A stretch of 64,000 nucleotides of DNA from Auanema rhodensis. Taxonomy: Eukaryota > Animalia > Nematoda. The stretch lies in the NCBI GenBank assembly GCA_964057225.1, contig OZ059897.1, forward strand, positions 6,634,001-6,698,000, given 5' to 3'. The first letter of the stretch is position 1; each line of letters opens with the position of its first letter. This document shows positions 40,486 through 55,400 of the stretch, piece by piece. The translations under genes were made by a program, and so were the position numbers. The notes beneath the pieces were generated by a model. That model searched no databases, was not told where the DNA came from, and saw nothing but the letters and a program-made list of their open reading frames with translations.

Positions 40486-43400
40486 TTCGAACACCGTCAT
40501 TTGTGATCAATAGATGATCGTACCAAGTACAGATGAGCAAGAAAAAGTTGAAGAAAACCTTAAAAGGTATGCACGGAGTGGGATTTGAACCCACGCCCTC
40601 ATACGAGGACCAGAACACCCAACTCTATACACAGAGTAAGAGATGATGAACAACTCTTGAGTCTGGGGCCTTAGACCACTCGGCCATCCGTGCTTCGAAC
40701 ACCGTCATTTGTGATCAATAGATAATCGTACCAAGTACAGATGAGCAAGAAAAAGTTGAAGAAAACCTTAAAAGGTATGCACGGAGTGGGATTTAAACCC
40801 ACGCCCTCATACGAGGACCAGAACACCCAACTCTATACACAGAGTAAGAGATGATGAACAACTCTTGAGTCTGGGGCCTTAGACCACTCGGCCATCCGTG
40901 CTTCGAACACCGTCATTTGTGATCAATAGATAATCGTACCAAGTACAGATGAGCAAGAAAAAGTTGAAGAAAACCTTAAAAGGTATGCACGGAGTGGGAT
41001 TTGAACCCACGCCCTCATACGAGGACCAGAACACCCAACTCTATGCACAGAGTAAGCGATGATGAACAACTCTTGAGTCTGGCGCCTTAGACCACTCGGC
41101 CATCCGTGCTTCGAACACCGTCATTTGTGATCACTAGATGATCGTACCAAGTACAGATGAGCAAGAAAAAGTTGAAGAAAACCTTAAAAGGTATGCACGG
41201 AGTGGGATTTGAACCCACGCCCTCATACGAGGACCAGAACACCCAACTCTATGCACAGAGTAAGAGATGATGAACAACTCTTGAGTCTGGCGCCTTAGAC
41301 CACTCGGCCATCCGTGCTTCGAACACCGTCATTTGTGATCACTAGATGATCGTACCAAGTACAGATGAGCAAGAAAAAGTTGAAGAAAACCTTAAAAGGT
41401 ATGCACGGAGTGGGATTTGAACCCACGCCCTCATACGAGGACCAGAACACCCAACTCTATACACAGAGTAAGAGATGATGAACAACTCTTGAGTCTGGCG
41501 CCTTAGACCACTCGGCCATCCGTGCTTCGAACACCGTCATTTGTGATCAATAGATGATCGTACCAAGTACAGATGAGCAAGAAAAAGTTGAAGAAAACCT
41601 TAAAAGGTATGCACGGAGTGGGATTTGAACCCACGCCCTCATACGAGGACCAGAACACCCAACTCTATGCACAGAGTAAGAGATGATGAACAACTCTTGA
41701 GTCTGGCGCCTTAGACCACTCGGCCATCCGTGCTTCGAACACCGTCATTTGTGATCACTAGATGATCGTACCAAGTACAGATGAGCAAGAAAAAGTTGAA
41801 GAAAACCTTAAAAGGTATGCACGGAGTGGGATTTGAACCCACGCCCTCATACGAGGACCAGAACACCCAACTCTATACACAGAGTAAGAGATGATGAACA
41901 ACTCTTGAGTGTGGCGCCTTAGAGCACTCGGCCATCCATGCTTCGAACACCGTCATTTGTGATCAATAGATGATCGTACCAAGTACAGATGAGCAAGAAA
42001 AAGTTGAAGAAAACCTTAAAAGGTATGCACGGAGTGGGATTTAAACCCACGCCCTCATACGAGGACCAGAACACCCAACTCTATACACAGAGTAAGAGAT
42101 GATGAACAACTCTTGAGTCTGGCGCCTTAGACCACTCGGCCATCCGTGCTTCGAACACCGTCATTTGTGATCAATAGATAATCGTACCAAGTACAGATGA
42201 GCAAGAAAAAGTTGAAGAAAACCTTAAAAGGTATGCACGGAGTGGGATTTGAACCCACGCCCTCATACGAGGACCAGAACACCCAACTCTATACACAGAG
42301 TAAGAGATGATGAACAACTCTTGAGTCTGGCGCCTTAGACCACTCGGCCCTCCGTGCTTCGAACACCGTCATTTGTGATCAATAGATAATCGTACCAAGT
42401 ACAGATGAGCAAGAAAAAGTTGAAGAAAACCTTAAAAGGTATGCACGGAGTGGGATTTGAACCCACGCCCTCATACGAGGACCAGAACACCCAACTCTAT
42501 ACACAGAGTAAGAGATGATGAACAACTCTTGAGTGTGGCGCCTTAGAGCACTCGGCCATCCATGCTTCGAACACCGTCATTTGTGATCAATAGATGATCG
42601 TACCAAGTACAGATGAGCAAGAAAAAGTTGAAGAAAACCTTAAAAGGTATGCACGGAGTGGGATTTAAACCCACGCCCTCATACGAGGACCAGAACACCC
42701 AACTCTATACACAGAGTAAGAGATGATGAACAACTCTTGAGTCTGGGGCCTTAGACCACTCGGCCATCCGTGCTTCGAACACCGTCATTTGTGATCAATA
42801 GATAATCGTACCAAGTACAGATGAGCAAGAAAAAGTTGAAGAAAACCTTAAAAGGTATGCACGGAGTGGGATTTGAACCCACGCCCTCATACGAGGACCA
42901 GAACACCCAACTCTATGCACAGAGTAAGAGATGATGAACAACTCTTGAGTCTGGCGCCTTAGACCACTCGGCCATCCGTGCTTCGAACACCGTCATTTGT
43001 GATCACTAGATGATCGTACCAAGTACAGATGAGCAAGAAAAAGTTGAAGAAAACCTTAAAAGGTATGCACGGAGTGGGATTTGAACCCACGCCCTCATAC
43101 GAGGACCAGAACACCCAACTCTATGCACAGAGTAAGAGATGATGAACAACTCTTGAGTCTGGCGCCTTAGACCACTCGGCCATCCGTGCTTCGAACACCG
43201 TCATTTGTGATCACTAGATGATCGAACCAAGTACAGATGAGCAAGAAAAAGTTGAAGAAAACCTTAAAAGGTATGCACGGAGTGGGATTTGAACCCACGC
43301 CCTCATACGAGGACCAGAACACCCAACTCTATGCACAGAGTAAGAGATGATGAACAACTCTTGAGTCTGGCGCCTTAGACCACTCGGCCATCCGTGCTTC

Positions 43401-46400
43401 GAACACCGTCATTTGTGATCACTAGATGATCGTACCAAGTACAGATGAGCAAGAAAAAGTTGAAGAAAACCTTAAAAGGTATGCACGGAGTGGGATTTGA
43501 ACCCACGCCCTCATACGAGGACCAGAACACCCAACTCTATACACAGAGTAAGAGATGATGAACAACTCTTGAGTCTGGCGCCTTAGACCACTCGGCCATC
43601 CGTGCTTCGAACACCGTCATTTGTGATCAATAGATGATCGTACCAAGTACAGATGAGCAAGAAAAAGTTGAAGAAAACCTTAAAAGGTATGCACGGAGTG
43701 GGATTTGAACCCACGCCCTCATACGAGGACCAGAACACCCAACTCTATACACAGAGTAAGAGATGATGAACAACTCTTGAGTCTGGCGCCTTAGACCACT
43801 CGGCCATCCGTGCTTCGAACACCGTCATTTGTGATCAATAGATGATCGTACCAAGTACAGATGAGCAAGAAAAAGTTGAAGAAAACCTTAAAAGGTATGC
43901 ACGGAGTGGGATTTGAACCCACGCCCTCATACGAGGACCAGAACACCCAACTCTATACACAGAGTAAGAGATGATGAACAACTCTTGAGTCTGGCGCCTT
44001 AGACCACTCGGCCATCCGTGCTTCGAACACCGTCATTTGTGATCAATAGATGATCGTACCAAGTACAGATGAGCAAGAAAAAGTTGAAGAAAACCTTAAA
44101 AGGTATGCACGGAGTGGGATTTGAACCCACGCCCTCATACGAGGACCAGAACACCCAACTCTATACACAGAGTAAGAGATGATGAACAACTCTTGAGTCT
44201 GGCGCCTTAGACCACTCGGCCATCCGTGCTTCGAACACCGTCATTTGTGATCAATAGATGATCGTACCAAGTACAGATGAGCAAGAAAAAGTTGAAGAAA
44301 ACCTTAAAAGGTATGCACGGAGTGGGATTTGAACCCACGCCCTCATACGAGGACCAGAACACCCAACTCTATACACAGAGTAAGAGATGATGAACAACTC
44401 TTGAGTCTGGCGCCTTAGAGCACTCGGCCATCCGTGCTTCGAACACCGTCATTTGTGATCAATAGATGATCGTACCAAGTACAGATGAGCAAGAAAAAGT
44501 TGAAGAAAACCTTAAAAGGTATGCACGGAGTGGGATTTGAACCCACGCCCTCATACGAGGACCAGAACACCCAACTCTATACACAGAGTAAGAGATGATG
44601 AACAACTCTTGAGTCTGGCGCCTTAGACCACTCGGCCATCCGTGCTTCGAACACCGTCATTTGTGATCAATAGATAATCGTACCAAGTACAGATGAGCAA
44701 GAAAAAGTTGAAGAAAACCTTAAAAGGTATGCACGGAGTGGGATTTGAACCCACGCCCTCATACGAGGACCAGAACACCCAACTCTATACACAGAGTAAG
44801 AGATGATGAACAACTCTTGAGTCTGGCGCCTTAGAGCACTCGGCCATCCGTGCTTCGAACACCGTCATTTGTGATCAATAGATGATCGTACCAAGTACAG
44901 ATGAGCAAGAAAAAGTTGAAGAAAACCTTAAAAGGTATGCACGGAGTGGGATTTGAACCCACGCCCTCATACGAGGACCAGAACACCCAACTCTATACAC
45001 AGAGTAAGAGATGATGAACAACTCTTGAGTCTGGCGCCTTAGACCACTCGGCCATCCGTGCTTCGAACACCGTCATTTGTGATCAATAGATGATCGTACC
45101 AAGTACAGATGAGCAAGAAAAAGTTGAAGAAAACCTTAAAAGGTATGCACGGAGTGGGATTTGAACCCACGCCCTCATACGAGGACCAGAACACCCAACT
45201 CTATACACAGAGTAAGAGATGATGAACAACTCTTGAGTCTGGCGCCTTAGACCACTCGGCCATCCGTGCTTCGAACACCGTCATTTGTGATCAATAGATG
45301 ATCGTACCAAGTACAGATGAGCAAGAAAAAGTTGAAGAAAACCTTAAAAGGTATGCACGGAGTGGGATTTGAACCCACGCCCTCATACGAGGACCAGAAC
45401 ACCCAACTCTATACACAGAGTAAGAGATGATGAACAACTCTTGAGTCTGGCGCCTTAGACCACTCGGCCATCCGTGCTTCGAACACCGTCATTTGTGATC
45501 AATAGATGATCGTACCAAGTACAGATGAGCAAGAAAAAGTTGAAGAAAACCTTAAAAGGTATGCACGGAGTGGGATTTGAACCCACGCCCTCATACGAGG
45601 ACCAGAACACCCAACTCTATACACAGAGTAAGAGATGATGAACAACTCTTGAGTCTGGCGCCTTAGACCACTCGGCCATCCGTGCTTCGAACACCGTCAT
45701 TTGTGATCAATAGATGATCGTACCAAGTACAGATGAGCAAGAAAAAGTTGAAGAAAACCTTAAAAGGTATGCACGGAGTGGGATTTGAACCCACGCCCTC
45801 ATACGAGGACCAGAACACCCAACTCTATACACAGAGTAAGAGATGATGAACAACTCTTGAGTCTGGCGCCTTAGACCACTCGGCCATCCGTGCTTCGAAC
45901 ACCGTCATTTGTGATCAATAGATAATCGTACCAAGTACAGATGAGCAAGAAAAAGTTGAAGAAAACCTTAAAAGGTATGCACGGAGTGGGATTTAAACCC
46001 ACGCCCTCATACGAGGACCAGAACACCCAACTCTATACACAGAGTAAGAGATGATGAACAACTCTTGAGTCTGGCGCCTTAGACCACTCGGCCATCCGTG
46101 CTTCGAACACCGTCATTTGTGATCAATAGATAATCGTACCAAGTACAGATGAGCAAGAAAAAGTTGAAAAAAACCTTAAAAGGTATGCACGGAGTGGGAT
46201 TTGAACCCACGCCCTCATACGAGGACCAGAACACCCAACTCTATGCACAGAGTAAGAGATGATGAACAACTCTTGAGTCTGGCGCCTTAGACCACTCGGC
46301 CATCCGTGCTTCGAACACCGTCATTTGTGATCACTAGATGATCGTACCAAGTACAGATGAGCAAGAAAAAGTTGAAGAAAACCTTAAAAGGTATGCACGG

Positions 46401-49400
46401 AGTGGGATTTGAACCCACGCCCTCATACGAGGACCAGAACACCCAACTCTATACACAGAGTAAGAGATGATGAACAACTCTTGAGTCTGGCGCCTTAGAC
46501 CACTCGGCCATCCGTGCTTCGAACACCGTCATTTGTGATCAATAGATAATCGTACCAAGTACAGATGAGCAAGAAAAAGTTGAAGAAAACCTTAAAAGGT
46601 ATGCACGGAGTGGGATTTGAACCCACGCCCTCATACGAGGACCAGAACACCCAACTCTATGCACAGAGTAAGAGATGATGAACAACTCTTGAGTCTGGCG
46701 CCTTAGACCACTCGGCCATCCGTGCTTCGAACACCGTCATTTGTGATCAATAGATGATCGTACCAAGTACAGATGAGCAAGAAAAAGTTGAAGAAAACCT
46801 TAAAAGGTATGCACGGAGTGGGATTTGAACCCACGCCCTCATACGAGGACCAGAACACCCAACTCTATGCACAGAGTAAGAGATGATGAACAACTCTTGA
46901 GTCTGGCGCCTTAGACCACTCGGCCATCCGTGCTTCGAACACCGTCATTTGTGATCACTAGATGATCGTACCAAGTACAGATGAGCAAGAAAAAGTTGAA
47001 GAAAACCTTAAAAGGTATGCACGGAGTGGGATTTGAACCCACGCCCTCATACGAGGACCAGAACACCCAACTCTATACACAGAGTAAGAGATGATGAACA
47101 ACTCTTGAGTCTGGCGCCTTAGACCACTCGGCCATCCGTGCTTCGAACACCGTCATTTGTGATCAATAGATGATCGTACCAAGTACAGATGAGCAAGAAA
47201 AAGTTGAAGAAAACCTTAAAAGGTATGCACGGAGTGGGATTTGAACCCACGCCCTCATACGAGGACCAGAACACCCAACTCTATACACAGAGTAAGAGAT
47301 GATGAACAACTCTTGAGTCTGGCGCCTTAGACCACTCGGCCATCCGTGCTTCGAACACCGTCATTTGTGATCAATAGATAATCGTACCAAGTACAGATGA
47401 GCAAGAAAAAGTTGAAGAAAACCTTAAAAGGTATGCACGGAGTGGGATTTAAACCCACGCCCTCATACGAGGACCAGAACACCCAACTCTATACACAGAG
47501 TAAGAGATGATGAACAACTCTTGAGTCTGGCGCCTTAGACCACTCGGCCATCCGTGCTTCGAACACCGTCATTTGTGATCAATAGATAATCGTACCAAGT
47601 ACAGATGAGCAAGAAAAAGTTGAAGAAAACCTTAAAAGGTATGCACGGAGTGGGATTTGAACCCACGCCCTCATACGAGGACCAGAACACCCAACTCTAT
47701 GCACAGAGTAAGAGATGATGAACAACTCTTGAGTCTGGCGCCTTAGACCACTCGGCCATCCGTGCTTCGAACACCGTCATTTGTGATCAATAGATGATCG
47801 TACCAAGTACAGATGAGCAAGAAAAAGTTGAAGAAAACCTTAAAAGGTATGCACGGAGTGGGATTTGAACCCACGCCCTCATACGAGGACCAGAACACCC
47901 AACTCTATGCACAGAGTAAGAGATGATGAACAACTCTTGAGTCTGGCGCCTTAGACCACTCGGCCATCCGTGCTTCGAACACCGTCATTTGTGATCACTA
48001 GATGATCGTACCAAGTACAGATGAGCAAGAAAAAGTTGAAGAAAACCTTAAAAGGTATGCACGGAGTGGGATTTGAACCCACGCCCTCATACGAGGACCA
48101 GAACACCCAACTCTATACACAGAGTAAGAGATGATGAACAACTCTTGAGTCTGGCGCCTTAGACCACTCGGCCATCCGTGCTTCGAACACCGTCATTTGT
48201 GATCAATAGATAATCGTACCAAGTACAGATGAGCAAGAAAAAGTTGAAGAAAACCTTAAAAGGTATGCACGGAGTGGGATTTAAACCCACGCCCTCATAC
48301 GAGGACCAGAACACCCAACTCTATACACAGAGTAAGAGATGATGAACAACTCTTGAGTCTGGCGCCTTAGACCACTCGGCCATCCGTGCTTCGAACACCG
48401 TCATTTGTGATCAATAGATAATCGTACCAAGTACAGATGAGCAAGAAAAAGTTGAAAAAAACCTTAAAAGGTATGCACGGAGTGGGATTTGAACCCACAC
48501 CCTCATACGAGGACCAGAACACCCAACTCTATGCACAGAGTAAGAGATGATGAACAACTCTTGAGTCTGGCGCCTTAGACCACTCGGCCATCCGTGCTTC
48601 GAACACCGTCATTTGTGATCACTAGATGATCGTACCAAGTACAGATGAGCAAGAAAAAGTTGAAGAAAACCTTAAAAGGTATGCACGGAGTGGGATTTGA
48701 ACCCACGCCCTCATACGAGGACCAGAACACCCAACTCTATACACAGAGTAAGAGATGATGAACAACTCTTGAGTCTGGCGCCTTAGACCACTCGGCCATC
48801 CGTGCTTCGAACACCGTCATTTGTGATCAATAGATGATCGTACCAAGTACAGATGAGCAAGAAAAAGTTGAAGAAAACCTTAAAAGGTATGCACGGAGTG
48901 GGATTTGAACCCACGCCCTCATACGAGGACCAGAACACCCAACTCTATACACAGAGTAAGAGATGATGAACAACTCTTGAGTCTGGCGCCTTAGACCACT
49001 CGGCCATCCGTGCTTCGAACACCGTCATTTGTGATCAATAGATGATCGTACCAAGTACAGATGAGCAAGAAAAAGTTGAAGAAAACCTTAAAAGGTATGC
49101 ACGGAGTGGGATTTGAACCCACGCCCTCATACGAGGACCAGAACACCCAACTCTATACACAGAGTAAGAGATGATGAACAACTCTTGAGTCTGGCGCCTT
49201 AGACCACTCGGCCATCCGTGCTTCGAACACCGTCATTTGTGATCAATAGATGATCGTACCAAGTACAGATGAGCAAGAAAAAGTTGAAGAAAACCTTAAA
49301 AGGTGTGCACGGAGTGGGATTTGAACCCACGCCCTCATACGAGGACCAGAACACCCAACTCTAAACACAGAGTAAGAGATGATGAACAACTCTTGAGTCT

Positions 49401-52400
49401 GGCGCCTTAGACCATTCGGCCATCCGTGCTTCGAACACCGTCATTTGTGATCAATAGATAATCGTACCAAGTACAGATGAGCAAGAAAAAGTTGAAAAAA
49501 ACCTTAAAAGGTATGCACGGAGTGGGATTTGAACCCACGCCCTCATACGAGGACCAGAACACCCAACTCTATACACAGAGTAAGAGATGATGAACAACTC
49601 TTGAGTCTGGCGCCTTAGACCACTCGGCCATCCGTGCTTCGAACACGTCATTTGTGATCAATAGATAATCGTACCAAGTACAGATGAGCAAGAAAAAGTT
49701 GAAGAAAACCTTAAAAGGTATGCACGGAGTGGGATTTGAACCCACGCCCTCATACGAGGACCAGAACACCCAACTCTATACACAGAGTAAGAGATGATGA
49801 ACAACTCTTGAGTCTGGCGCCTTAGACCACTCGGCCATCCGTGCTTCGAACACCGTCATTTGTGATCAATAGATGATCGTACCAAGTACAGATGAGCAAG
49901 AAAAAGTTGAAGAAAACCTTAAAAGGTATGCACGGAGTGGGATTTGAACCCACGCCCTCATACGAGGACCAGAACACCCAACTCTATACACAGAATAAGA
50001 GATGATGAACAACTCTTGAGTCTGGCGCCTTAGAGCACTCGGCCATCCGTGTTTCAAACACCTTCATTTGTGATCAATAGATGATCGTACCAAGTACAGA
50101 TGAGCAAGAAAAAGTTGAAGAAAACCTTAAAAGGTATGCACGGAGTGGGATTTGAACCCACGCCCTCATACGAGGACCAGAACACCCAACTCTATGCACA
50201 GAGTAAGAGATGATGAACAACTCTTGAGTCTGGCGCCTTAGACCACTCGGCCATCCGTGCTTCGAACACCGTCATTTGTGATCAATAGATGATCGTACCA
50301 AGTACAGATGAGCAAGAAAAAGTTGAAGAAAACCTTAAAAGGTATGCACGGAGTGGGATTTGAACCCACGCCCTCATACGAGGACCAGAACACCCAACTC
50401 TATACACAGAGTAAGAGATGATGAACAACTCTTGAGTCTGGCGCCTTAGACCACTCGGCCATCCGTGCTTCGAACACCGTCATTTGTGATCAATAGATGA
50501 TCGTACCAAGTACAGATGAGCAAGAAAAAGTTGAAGAAAACCTTAAAAGGTATGCACGGAGTGGGATTTGAACCCACGCCCTCATACGAGGACCAGAACA
50601 CCCAACTCTATACACAGAGTAAGAGATGATGAACAACTCTTGAGTCTGGCGCCTTAGACCACTCGGCCATCCGTGCTTCGAACACCGTCATTTGTGATCA
50701 ATAGATGATCGTACCAAGTACAGATGAGCAAGAAAAAGTTGAAGAAAACCTTAAAAGGTATGCACGGAGTGGCATTTGAACCCACGCCCTCATACGAGGA
50801 CCAGAACACCCAACTCTATACACAGAGTAAGAGATGATGAACAACTCTTGAGTCTGGCGCCTTAGACCACTCGGCCATCCGTGCTTCGAACACCGTCATT
50901 TGTGATCAATAGATGATCGTACCAAGTACAGATGAGCAAGAAAAAGTTGAAGAAAACCTTAAAAGGTATGCACGGAGTGGGATTTGAACCCACGCCCTCA
51001 TACGAGGACCAGAACACCCAACTCTATACACAGAGTAAGAGATGATGAACAACTCTTGAGTCTGGCGCCTTAGACCACTCGGCCATCCGTGCTTCGAACA
51101 CCGTCATTTGTGATCAATAGATGATCGTACCAAGTACAGATGAGCAAGAAAAAGTTGAAGAAAACCTTAAAAGGTATGCACGGAGTGGGATTTGAACCCA
51201 CGCCCTCATACGAGGACCAGAACACCCAACTCTATACACAGAGTAAGAGATGATGAACAACTCTTGAGTCTGGCGCCTTAGACCACTCGGCCATCCGTGC
51301 TTCGAACACCGTCATTTGTGATCAATAGATGATCGTACCAAGTACAGATGAGCAAGAAAAAGTTGAAGAAAACCTTAAAAGTTATGCACGGAGTGGGATT
51401 TGAACCCACGCCCTCATACGAGGACCAGAACACCCAACTCTATACACAGAGTAAGAGATGATGAACAACTCTTGAGTCTGGCGCCTTAGACCACTCGGCC
51501 ATCCGTGCTTCGAACACCGTCATTTGTGATCAATAGATGATCGTACGAAGTACAGATGAGCAAGAAAAAGTTGAAGAAAACCTTAAAAGGTATGCACGGA
51601 GTGGGATTTGAACCCACGCCCTCATACGAGTACCAGAACACCCAACTCTATACACAGAGTAAGAGATGATGAACAACTCTTGAGTCTGGCGCCTTAGAGC
51701 ACTCGGCCATCCGTGTTTCGAACACCTTCATTTGTGATCAATAGATGATCGTACCAAGTACAGATGAGCAAGAAAAAGTTGAAGAAAACCTTAAAAGGTA
51801 TGCACGGAGTGGGATTTGAACCCACGCCCTCATACGAGGACCAGAACACCCAACTCTATACACAGAGTAAGAGATGATGAACAACTCTTGAGTCTGGCGC
51901 CTTAGACCACTCGGCCATCCGTGCTTCGAACACCGTCATTTGTGATCACTAGATGATCGTACCAAGTACAGATGAGCAAGAAAAAGTTGAAGAAAACCTT
52001 AAAAGGTATGCACGGAGTGGGATTTGAACCCACGCCCTCATACGAGGACCAGAACACCCAACTCTATACACAGAGTAAGAGATGATGAACAACTCTTGAG
52101 TCTGGCGCCTTAGACCACTCGGCCATCCGTGCTTCGAACACCTTCATTTGTGATCAATAGATGATCGTACCAAGTACAGATGAGCAAGAAAAAGTTGAAG
52201 AAAACCTTAAAAGTTATGCACGGAGTGGGATTTGAACCCACGCCCTCATACGAGGACCAGAACACCCAACTCTATACACAGAGTAAGAGATGATGAACAA
52301 CTCTTGAGTCTGGCGCCTTAGAGCACTCGGCCATCCGTGCTTCGAACACCGTCATTTGTGATCAATAGATGATCGTACCAAGTACAGATGAGCAAGAAAA

Positions 52401-55400
52401 AGTTGAAGAAAACCTTAAAAGGTATGCACGGAGTGGGATTTGAACCCACGCCCTCATACGAGGACCAGAACACCCAACTCTATACACAGAGTAAGAGATG
52501 ATGAACAACTCTTGAGTCTGGCGCCTTAGAGCACTCGGCCATCCGTGCTTCGAACACCGTCATTTGTGATCACTAGATGATCGTACCAAGTACAGATGAG
52601 CAAGAAAAAGTTGAAGAAAACCTTAAAAGGTATGCACGGAGTGGGATTTGAACCCACGCCCTCATACGAGGACCAGAACACCCAACTCTATACACAGAGT
52701 AAGAGATGATGAACAACTCTTGAGTCTGGCGCCTTAGACCACTCGGCCATCCGTGCTTCGAACACCGTCATTTGTGATCAATAGATGATCGTACCAAGTA
52801 CAGATGAGCAAGAAAAAGTTGAAGAAAACCTTAAAAGGTATGCACGGAGTGGGATTTGAACCCACGCCCTCATACGAGGACCAGAACACCCAACTCTATA
52901 CACAGAGTAAGAGATGATGAACAACTCTTGAGTCTGGCGCCTTAGAGCACTCGGCCATCCGTGCTTCGAACACCGTCATTTGTGATCAATAGATGATCGT
53001 ACCAAGTACAGATGAGCAAGAAAAAGTTGAAGAAAACCTTAAAAGGTATGCACGGAGTGGGATTTGAACCCACGCCCTCATACGAGGACCAGAACACCCA
53101 ACTCTATACACAGAGTAAGAGATGATGAACAACTCTTGAGTCTGGCGCCTTAGAGCACTCGGCCATCCGTGCTTCGAACACCGTCATTTGTGATCACTAG
53201 ATGATCGTACCAAGTACAGATGAGCAAGAAAAAGTTGAAGAAAACCTTAAAAGGTATGCACGGAGTGGGATTTGAACCCACGCCCTCATACGAGGACCAG
53301 AACACCCAACTCTATACACAGAGTAAGAGATGATGAACAACTCTTGAGTCTGGCGCCTTAGAGCACTCGGCCATCCGTGCTTCGAACACCGTCATTTGTG
53401 ATCAATAGATGATCGTACCAAGTACAGATGAGCAAGAAAAAGTTGAAGAAAACCTTAAAAGGTATGCACGGAGTGGGATTTGAACCCACGCCCTCATACG
53501 AGGACCAGAACACCCAACTCTATACACAGAGTAAGAGATGATGAACAACTCTTGAGTCTGGCGCCTTAGAGCACTCGGCCATCCGTGCTTCGAACACCGT
53601 CATTTGTGATCACTAGATGATCGTACCAAGTACAGATGAGCAAGAAAAAGTTGAAGAAAACCTTAAAAGGTATGCACGGAGTGGGATTTGAACCCACGCC
53701 CTCATACGAGGACCAGAACACCCAACTCTATACACAGAGTAAGAGATGATGAACAACTCTTGAGTCTGGCGCCTTAGACCACTCGGCCATCCGTGCTTCG
53801 AACACCGTCATTTGTGATCAATAGATGATCGTACCAAGTACAGATGAGCAAGAAAAAGTTGAAGAAAACCTTAAAAGGTATGCACGGAGTGGGATTTGAA
53901 CCCACGCCCTCATACGAGGACCAGAACACCCAACTCTATACACAGAGTAAGAGATGATGAACAACTCTTGAGTCTGGCGCCTTAGAGCACTCGGCCATCC
54001 GTGCTTCGAACACCGTCATTTGTGATCAATAGATGATCGTACCAAGTACAGATGAGCAAGAAAAAGTTGAAGAAAACCTTAAAAGGTATGCACGGAGTGG
54101 GATTTGAACCCACGCCCTCATACGAGGACCAGAACACCCAACTCTATACACAGAGTAAGAGATGATGAACAACTCTTGAGTCTGGCGCCTTAGAGCACTC
54201 GGCCATCCGTGCTTCGAACACCGTCATTTGTGATCACTAGATGATCGTACCAAGTACAGATGAGCAAGAAAAAGTTGAAGAAAACCTTAAAAGGTATGCA
54301 CGGAGTGGGATTTGAACCCACGCCCTCATACGAGGACCAGAACACCCAACTCTATACACAGAGTAAGAGATGATGAACAACTCTTGAGTCTGGCGCCTTA
54401 GACCACTCGGCCATCCGTGCTTCGAACACCGTCATTTGTGATCAATAGATGATCGTACCAAGTACAGATGAGCAAGAAAAAGTTGAAGAAAACCTTAAAA
54501 GGTATGCACGGAGTGGGATTTGAACCCACGCCCTCATACGAGGACCAGAACACCCAACTCTATACACAGAGTAAGAGATGATGAACAACTCTTGAGTCTG
54601 GCGCCTTAGACCACTCGGCCATCCGTGCTTCGAACACCGTCATTTGTGATCAATAGATGATCGTACCAAGTACAGATGAGCAAGAAAAAGTTGAAGAAAA
54701 CCTTAAAAGGTATGCACGGAGTGGGATTTGAACCCACGCCCTCATACGAGGACCAGAACACCCAACTCTATACACAGAGTAAGAGATGATGAACAACTCT
54801 TGAGTCTGGCGCCTTAGACCACTCGGCCATCCGTGCTTCGAACACCGTCATTTGTGATCAATAGATGATCGTACCAAGTACAGATGAGCAAGAAAAAGTT
54901 GAAGAAAACCTTAAAAGGTATGCACGGAGTGGGATTTGAACCCACGCCCTCATACGAGGACCAGAACACCCAACTCTATACACAGAGTAAGAGATGATGA
55001 ACAACTCTTGAGTCTGGCGCCTTAGACCACTCGGCCATCCGTGCTTCGAACACCGTCATTTGTGATCAATAGATGATCGTACCAAGTACAGATGAGCAAG
55101 AAAAAGTTGAAGAAAACCTTAAAAGGTATGCACGGAGTGGGATTTGAACCCACGCCCTCATACGAGGACCAGAACACCCAACTCTATACACAGAGTAAGA
55201 GATGATGAACAACTCTTGAGTCTGGCGCCTTAGACCACTCGGCCATCCGTGCTTCGAACACCGTCATTTGTGATCAATAGATGATCGTACCAAGTACAGA
55301 TGAGCAAGAAAAAGTTGAAGAAAACCTTAAAAGGTGTGCACGGAGTGGGATTTGAACCCACGCCCTCATACGAGGACCAGAACACCCAACTCTATACACA

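Noticed and set aside
39372-50057. 60-72 aa ORFs overlapping the tRNA units
   Set aside because: Incidental translations of the repeat, opened by edge effects or single variants.
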